Shown here: one piece after another, positions 54,737-64,000 of the stretch
Layout of the letters: each line of letters starts with the position of its first letter
How positions within the stretch are numbered: position 1 is the first letter of the stretch
Translations under genes and position numbers: made by a program
Notes under the pieces: model-generated
What the model was told of the DNA's origin: nothing
Databases searched by the model: none
What the model saw: only the letters and a program-made list of their open reading frames with translations
Origin: Patescibacteria group bacterium
GTDB lineage: Bacteria; Patescibacteriota; Minisyncoccia; Moranbacterales; JAKLHP01
Reading direction: 5' to 3'
Assembly (NCBI GenBank): GCA_043803385.1
Contig: JAZDKA010000034.1
Location: forward strand, 10,561-74,560
Length of the DNA: 64,000 bases

Positions 54737-55318
54737 ATGTTTTTAAAAAATATTAAAAATTTTATTGGAAATTGGAAATTGGAAATTGGAAATTCTTCGA
54801 AGAAGGCGGGTTTTTCTCTTGTGGAAGTAATGTTCTCTGTTTGCGTGCTGTCCATCGGAATCGTGGCGGTGCTGTCTTTGATGACGGGAAATATTAAAAA
54901 TTCCATCGAAAGCCGCGACGCGATAATCGCTTCCGAACTGGCGCAAGAGGGGATAGAATTGGTCAGGAATGTCAGGGATAATAATTTCGTAAATGTCAGA
55001 ACCGCTTTCGAGCAAAATTTTCCCAATAACGATAGGGATAATTGCAAGATAGATAAAGGTTCTGATAATATTACAGATTGCAATAGTGGACACAGTAAAG
55101 TTCTTAATTATAGTAGCGGTTTTTACATTCATGGAAGCGGGACAGCAACAAAATTTCAAAGAAAAATAGCCATCGATTATGATACGTGGCCAAACCCAGT
55201 TCAAGCAACAATTACCAGCACGGTTTGGTGGAATGGAAGTTCAAGTTCTCCTGCTAGTTGTAATATGGCGACAAAGTGCATTTATGTTGAAGATATTTTG
55301 ACGGATTGGGCAAACTGA
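54737..55318 (+). CDS. Minor pilin with a leader encoded by a heptamer repeat
   Basis: KKAG/FSLVEVMFSVCVLSIGIV. The N-terminal [10 protein letters not shown] segment is encoded by (ggaaatt)x4. Confidence 0.6.
   Translation: MFLKNIKNFIGNWKLEIGNSSKKAGFSLVEVMFSVCVLSIGIVAVLSLMTGNIKNSIESRDAIIASELAQEGIELVRNVRDNNFVNVRTAFEQNFPNNDRDNCKIDKGSDNITDCNSGHSKVLNYSSGFYIHGSGTATKFQRKIAIDYDTWPNPVQATITSTVWWNGSSSSPASCNMATKCIYVEDILTDWAN
54769..54796. repeat. (ggaaatt)x4 heptamer tandem repeat
   Basis: Read directly from the sequence. Confidence 0.7.
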
Positions 55319-55342
55319 TTAATTTTCTATTATTTTATTATA

Positions 55343-55939
55343 ATGATTAACAAGCTAATGAAAAATAAAGGAGGTTTTTCTTTTATTGAAGTAATAATAG
55401 CGGTGTTTATTTTTGTGCTGATAATGACAGCCGTATCGCTGATGTTCACCAGTCTTTTTAGCGGATACAAAAATGCCAAAGCTATCCAAAAAGATTTGGA
55501 AAGTGCGCAATTTGCGATGAATTTAATGGCAAAAAATTTGAGAACTAGCAGTATTGTTAGCAATGGCGGAACGTCTGATGACATAAAATTCTACAATTAT
55601 TCCGATGGGGGAAAATGCATCTCGTATAAATTAGCAGGAAGCAATAAAATCCAAGTTGCTTCCGCTCCTGACCCAGGAGATTTGGAACCCGATAAATTAG
55701 CTTGGTGCACTAGTAAAGTTTTAAGTTATTCCGACTTAACTTCCACCAATTCAACCTATATTAACAAACTTAGTTTTTATGCCGTTCTTTCGGATGGTGT
55801 TAGTGCCGCTAAAGTCGTCGGAAAAGTCACGATTTCAATGGAAATTTGCGCGACTTCAAATTGCAGTGGAACAGAAAAAGACAAAGCCCGGATCCAAACC
55901 ACCGTATCCCTTCGGGATTATCAGGAGACAATGCCATAA
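55343..55939 (+). CDS. Minor pilin (PilW/PulJ-like)
   Basis: NKGG/FSFIEVIIAVFIFVLIMTAV. Confidence 0.65.
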   Translation: MINKLMKNKGGFSFIEVIIAVFIFVLIMTAVSLMFTSLFSGYKNAKAIQKDLESAQFAMNLMAKNLRTSSIVSNGGTSDDIKFYNYSDGGKCISYKLAGSNKIQVASAPDPGDLEPDKLAWCTSKVLSYSDLTSTNSTYINKLSFYAVLSDGVSAAKVVGKVTISMEICATSNCSGTEKDKARIQTTVSLRDYQETMP

Positions 55940-55980
55940 TCTATGCTATAATTGATTCATTAACTATTTAATAAAAACAT

Positions 55981-56604
55981 ATGCAAAAAATAAGAAAAAA
56001 GTATGGGTCAGCGTTAGTTTTCTCCCTAATAATTCTTTTCATCGGAGTCGTGATGGCGCTGGGAATCGCTTCGACGGCCGTAATTTCCAAAAAAATGTCA
56101 GGAACAACCGGAAAATCAACAAGCTCGTTCCAGATTGCCGACAGCGGCGCGGAAATAGTCTTGCAGAAGATTTACAAAGACGACACTTTAACCGACTTGC
56201 AATCATTGGCTAGTTCGCTAGGAACTAGTTGCTCTAGCGGGAATATAGCAAGTTCTATCTCTTCCGGAAAAGATTATTCTATAACTTTTTTCAAGGATGA
56301 TGGTTCTGGAAATGACGTGCCCGTTATCGATTGTAGCACAACGCAGATATCCGATATTACAAAAATAAAATCCGTCGGAACTTACGCCAGCACCTCCCGC
56401 GCGGTGGAAGTAGCAGTAGCGGCAGGAGGAGTATTGAGCGGGACGGTATGCGGGCACTGGTCATCTACTGGTCAGGATGGACAGATTCCTTGTGACGGTC
56501 TAAATCCTTCCATTGAATGTCCTAACGGTTATACCAAAAGAGGACAGCGTACCATGATTGATGGCAGTATTCAAGTAGTAATATATTTTTGTACGAAAGA
56601 TTAA
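55981..56604 (+). CDS. PilX-like minor pilin
   Basis: GSALVFSLIILFIGVVMALGIAS is PilX_N-like. Confidence 0.55.
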   Translation: MQKIRKKYGSALVFSLIILFIGVVMALGIASTAVISKKMSGTTGKSTSSFQIADSGAEIVLQKIYKDDTLTDLQSLASSLGTSCSSGNIASSISSGKDYSITFFKDDGSGNDVPVIDCSTTQISDITKIKSVGTYASTSRAVEVAVAAGGVLSGTVCGHWSSTGQDGQIPCDGLNPSIECPNGYTKRGQRTMIDGSIQVVIYFCTKD

Positions 56605-56640
56605 GCTTCGCCAAGGCTGAACCTTAGAAGAAAATAACCC

Positions 56641-59612
<2,972 letters not shown>

Positions 59613-59619
59613 TTTTTCT

Positions 59620-59907
59620 ATGCTTTCCAGGGAAGAAGTAAAAAATATAGCCAGTTTAGCCAGAATTGGAATTAAAGAAAAAGAAATCGATGATTATCAA
59701 AAAAATCTTTCGGGGATTTTGGATTATTTCAAGGAGCTTCAGGAGCTAAATACCGATAATATAGAGCCAATTGGGCATATTACTGGCAGAAATAATGTTT
59801 CAAGGGAAGATGAGAGAAGAGAAGTTATTAAGAAGGAAAGAGAAGATATTTTAAATAACGCTCCGGAAAGAAAAGGTAATTATGTAAAAGTCAAAAGTGT
59901 CTTGTGA
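59620..59907 (+). CDS. gatC: Glu/Asp-tRNA amidotransferase subunit C
   Basis: A full-length match to the GatC family. Confidence 0.8.
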   Translation: MLSREEVKNIASLARIGIKEKEIDDYQKNLSGILDYFKELQELNTDNIEPIGHITGRNNVSREDERREVIKKEREDILNNAPERKGNYVKVKSVL

Positions 59908-61352
59908 TACGAGAACTGCACGAAAAGCTAGTTAACGGCGAAACGACTTCAGCTAAACTTACTGAAGAATATCTTGATGCTATTGAAAAAAAAGATAAAG
60001 ACATCCAGGCTTATCTCACTATCACAAAAGAATTGGCCATGGATAAAGCGGGAGAAGTTGACAAAAAAATAAAGAACGGAGAAGAGGTAGATATTTTAGC
60101 CGGAATTCCATGCGCGATCAAGGACAATATGTGCATCAAAGGAATAAGAACAACGGCCGCTTCAAAAATCCTCGATAACTATATTGCTCCTTATGATGCG
60201 ACGGTTATTGCAAAACTCAAAGAGAACGACGCCGTGTTTCTCGGAAAAACAAATATGGATGAGTTTGCCATGGGCTCATCAACGGAAAACAGCGCTTATC
60301 AAAAAACCAAAAATCCTAATGATCTCGAAAGAGTTCCGGGCGGTTCTTCCGGAGGAAGCGCCGCGGCTGTGGCCGCCGAAGAGGCGGCTTGGGCTTTGGG
60401 ATCCGATACGGGAGGATCAATCCGCCAGCCAGCCTCATTTTGCGGAATTGTCGGACTCAAGCCCACTTACGGAAGAGTTTCTCGGCATGGACTCTTGGCA
60501 ATGGCATCGAGTTTGGACCAAATCGGTCCACTTACAAAAAATGTCGAAGATGCGGCGATAATTTTATCAAGGATTGCCGGCGAAGATAGAAAAGACGCGA
60601 CAGTGGCGGTTGAATTCGGGAAAAAATACGAAGATTATTTGAACGGAGATATTTCCAGAATTAAAATCGGGATCCCCAAGGAATATATGCAGGAAGGATT
60701 AGATGATGAGATTAAAGAAAAATTCGAAAAGGCGGTAGAAAAATTTAAAAAACTTGGAGCGGAAATAAAACAAATAAGCTTGCCTCATAGCAAATATTCC
60801 CTAGCCGCTTATTATCTGATCATGTTTTCTGAAGCAAGCTCAAATCTGGCCCGATTCGACGGGATAAAATACGGATTTAGGGCGGATGACAAAAAAGATT
60901 CTGATTTTGACGGAATTTCAAAAAATCTTTTTGAAACCTATCTTGATACCAGGGGATACGGATTTGGAGAAGAAGTAAAAAGAAGAATAATGCTGGGAAC
61001 ATACGCTCTTTCCGCTGGGTATTATGATGCCTATTATCTCAAGGCTCAAAAGGTGCGCGCGCTTATCAAGAAAGATTTTGAAAAAGCTTTTAACGGAGTT
61101 GACTTGATTTTTTCTCCTACTACTCCGGAAACAGCTTTCAAATTCGGAGAAAAAACCGAGGATCCGCTGAAGATGTATCTTTCTGATATCTTCACTATTT
61201 CAGCCAATCTATCCGGAGTCCCGGCAATATCTTTTCCAATCGGAAGTATCAGCAAGAGCGGAAAAGATCTTCCGATCGGAGGGCAATTAATGGGAAAGTG
61301 GTTTGACGAAGAGGGAATTCTGAACGCAGCCTATGCAGTTGAGATTAATTAA
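59904..61352 (+). CDS. gatA: Glu/Asp-tRNA amidotransferase subunit A
   Basis: Amidase signature [13 protein letters not shown] and the catalytic Ser-cisSer-Lys context. GTGA overlap with gatC. Confidence 0.9.
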   Translation: MIRELHEKLVNGETTSAKLTEEYLDAIEKKDKDIQAYLTITKELAMDKAGEVDKKIKNGEEVDILAGIPCAIKDNMCIKGIRTTAASKILDNYIAPYDATVIAKLKENDAVFLGKTNMDEFAMGSSTENSAYQKTKNPNDLERVPGGSSGGSAAAVAAEEAAWALGSDTGGSIRQPASFCGIVGLKPTYGRVSRHGLLAMASSLDQIGPLTKNVEDAAIILSRIAGEDRKDATVAVEFGKKYEDYLNGDISRIKIGIPKEYMQEGLDDEIKEKFEKAVEKFKKLGAEIKQISLPHSKYSLAAYYLIMFSEASSNLARFDGIKYGFRADDKKDSDFDGISKNLFETYLDTRGYGFGEEVKRRIMLGTYALSAGYYDAYYLKAQKVRALIKKDFEKAFNGVDLIFSPTTPETAFKFGEKTEDPLKMYLSDIFTISANLSGVPAISFPIGSISKSGKDLPIGGQLMGKWFDEEGILNAAYAVEIN

Positions 61353-61369
61353 TAAAATTTAAAATTATT

Positions 61370-61891
61370 ATGAATTGGGATATTATTTTAAACCAGATAC
61401 CCGCGCTATATCAAGGATTTATCAAATCCCCGTTCTTCTTTACTTTGAAATTTGTTCTGGCTATTTATACCACCGTTCTTTTCGCTAACATAATAATACT
61501 CATCATATTTAGAGGAATGAAAGATGTGCGTACGACATTCAGGGGAATGAATTATCCTATGGTTTCCAGCAAAAAGATGCGGAAAAAATGGAATGAGATA
61601 ATGGAAAAAATGGATAGTAATGAGCAGTCCAAATACAAGCTGGCAATTATAGAAGCGGACGCAATAGTTGATAAGCTGATAGGATCTATGGGGCTTAAAG
61701 GAAATGATATGATAGAAAGGCTTGATACTTTGAGGCCGGCGCAAATGGAAGAAGCGGAAGATCTGAAAAAATATCACAGGATAAGAAACCAGATTATCCA
61801 TGATCCAAATTTTGAAATGAGCAAAGAAACCGCAATGGAAATCCTCAAATTTTACGAAAAATTCCTAGTGAATTATGAGTTTATGGATTGA
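61370..61891 (+). CDS. Hypothetical membrane-anchored protein
   Basis: ORF with one TM helix, immediately after gatA. Confidence 0.5.
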   Translation: MNWDIILNQIPALYQGFIKSPFFFTLKFVLAIYTTVLFANIIILIIFRGMKDVRTTFRGMNYPMVSSKKMRKKWNEIMEKMDSNEQSKYKLAIIEADAIVDKLIGSMGLKGNDMIERLDTLRPAQMEEAEDLKKYHRIRNQIIHDPNFEMSKETAMEILKFYEKFLVNYEFMD

Positions 61892-61940
61892 CAATGTTAT
61901 TTTTTTCTTATACAATGTCCTAGCTATTCATTTTCATTAT

Positions 61941-62015
<75 letters not shown>

Positions 62016-62130
62016 ATAGTTTATGCAAAGTTTAAAAATCAAAATGTAAAGTGACAGTTAAAAATTTAAAATTATTTAAAATTTTAAATTATCATTTTGT
62101 ATTTTGAAGTTTGCATTTTTATTTTACTTT

Positions 62131-62204
62131 GCCGGGGTAGCTCAGTTGGTTAGAGCGCGGGACTCATAAGCCCGAGGTCGTGAGTTCAACTCTCACCCCC
62201 GGTA
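62131..62204 (+). tRNA. tRNA with CAU anticodon (elongator Met, or Ile2 if lysidinylated)
   Basis: Acceptor gccgggg / ccccggt. Anticodon loop cuCAUaa. T-arm gtgag-ttcaact-ctcac. Confidence 0.75.
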
Positions 62205-62333
62205 CATTAAGAATTTTCAATTTTCAATTCACAATTTTCAAACAATTTTCAATGATTAAATTTTCAAAATTTTATCATTTGGTTATTATAAGTTGTTTAG
62301 AAATTAGAAATTGGAAATTAGAAATTTCCAATT

Positions 62334-62407
62334 GGGGGCGTAGCTCAGTTGGTTAGAGCGTCTGCCTGTCACGCAGAAGGTCGCCGGTTCGAGCCCGGTC
62401 GTCCCCG
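62334..62407 (+). tRNA. tRNA-Asp (GUC)
   Basis: Acceptor gggggcg / cgtcccc. Anticodon loop cuGUCac. T-arm gccgg-ttcgagc-ccggt. A weak terminator follows. Confidence 0.85.
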
Positions 62408-62531
62408 CAAAAAAGCAGGTTTTCGAAAGCCTGTTTTCCTATTTGCATATTTTCTATTTGTGCTATAATTTATTATGATAAAATTAACAAATCAAAAAAT
62501 TAGCGAGATATAATTCAGTTTAATAAATATT

Positions 62532-63077
62532 ATGATTCCTAAAAAAATTTTTTTAACAAAGGGTGTAGGCGTACACAAGGACAAACTTGCAAGTTTTGAG
62601 TTGGCGCTAAGAGAAGCAGGAATAGAAAAATGCAATCTGGTATGTGTATCTTCAATTTTACCTCCAAATTGCAAGATAATTTCCAAGAATGAAGGACTGA
62701 AATTTTTAAGTCCAGGAGAAATAACTTATTGCGTTATGGCAAGAATTGAAGATAATGAACCCAATAGACTAATTTCTGCTTCAGTCGGATTAGCTAAACC
62801 GAAAGATGACAATCATCATGGTTATCTTTCGGAGCATCACTCTTTTGGAGAGAAAGGAGAAAAATCCGGAGAATATGCTGAAGATTTAGCAGCAACAATG
62901 TTAGCTACCACTCTTGGAATTAAATTTGATCCCGATACTGCCTGGAAAGAAAGAGAACAAGAATATAAAGCATCAGGGCATATTTTCAAAACGATTAACG
63001 TTACTCAATCTGCCGAAGTAAATAAAGACGGGCTTTGGACAAGTGTGATTGCTTTAGCTGTTTTTATTCCAGAATAA
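62532..63077 (+). CDS. pdaD: Pyruvoyl-dependent arginine decarboxylase
   Basis: Self-cleavage motif VSSILPP (compare ISSIMPP of the archaeal PdaD) and an overall length and N-terminal pattern matching PdaD. Confidence 0.7.
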   Translation: MIPKKIFLTKGVGVHKDKLASFELALREAGIEKCNLVCVSSILPPNCKIISKNEGLKFLSPGEITYCVMARIEDNEPNRLISASVGLAKPKDDNHHGYLSEHHSFGEKGEKSGEYAEDLAATMLATTLGIKFDPDTAWKEREQEYKASGHIFKTINVTQSAEVNKDGLWTSVIALAVFIPE

Positions 63078-63319
63078 GATTATTTCTTTAATGTCCGGAA
63101 AAATTTACATATTATTTTATGGTTATTTTTCCCTCATATAAAGGCAATTTTGATTGCTTTTTTCTATTGCCAAACCAGGATAAATGCGCTAAAATAGATA
63201 GGTAATATTCCAAACAAAAACACCCCACACCATTTTCTGATAGCCATTTGTTTTATGAGATAAGATAGCTAAAACGCTTCGCTTTTGTTGAGCGAGAGTT
63301 CTACAATTTTCAGAAAAAA

Positions 63320-64000
<681 letters not shown>

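Overview
The window is low-GC (about one-third GC by eye) and densely coded. It reads like a Candidate Phyla Radiation / Patescibacteria-type bacterial chromosome. That assignment is an inference from gene content and style. Housekeeping genes, in order: topA (partial), dprA, pth, an LCP-family protein, lepB, hisS, rpsU, a GatB/YqeY protein, ybeY, dgkA, ftsA and ftsZ. Further along come nrdR, nrdD and nrdG (anaerobic ribonucleotide reductase), a DUF167 protein, comEC split into two ORFs, an adenylate-kinase-like protein, tRNA-Pro and tRNA-Ser, comF, a ClpC-like ATPase, ligA, gatCA, three tRNAs (fMet, Met/Ile2-CAU, Asp), pdaD and gyrB (partial). There is a complete type IV pilus / DNA-uptake locus: pilM, pilN, pilO, pilB, a CheY-like receiver, pilT, pilC, three tandem pilins, pilD and four minor pilins.

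The most unusual region is 13.8-28.6 kb. It contains a radical-SAM/SPASM gene followed by a GT4 glycosyltransferase, then a YVTN beta-propeller membrane protein. Next is a small membrane-anchored protein whose C-terminal tail is a ~70% GC (GGY/TGY)n microsatellite encoding a Gly/Cys repeat. After a TPR lipoprotein come three paralogous Cys-rich surface proteins (383, about 1500 and about 930 aa). They are built from divergent InlB-B-like repeats, and all end with the identical extreme C-terminal motif NWKE(V/I)AP-stop. This looks like an undescribed C-terminal signal or processing system.

Other observations:
- A REP/RAYT unit: an IS200-like Y1 transposase flanked by 22-bp palindromes, with two more palindrome copies lying in-frame inside its own coding sequence.
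- A family of 7-bp tandem repeats that invades coding sequences (ligA, nrdG, a pilin leader).
- A pair of 36-bp palindromes bracketing a frameshifted wHTH/Cas2-like regulator.
- A structured, SD-sequestering leader upstream of nrdD.
- Two GC-rich, foreign-looking ORFs.

No rRNA genes and no CRISPR array are present.
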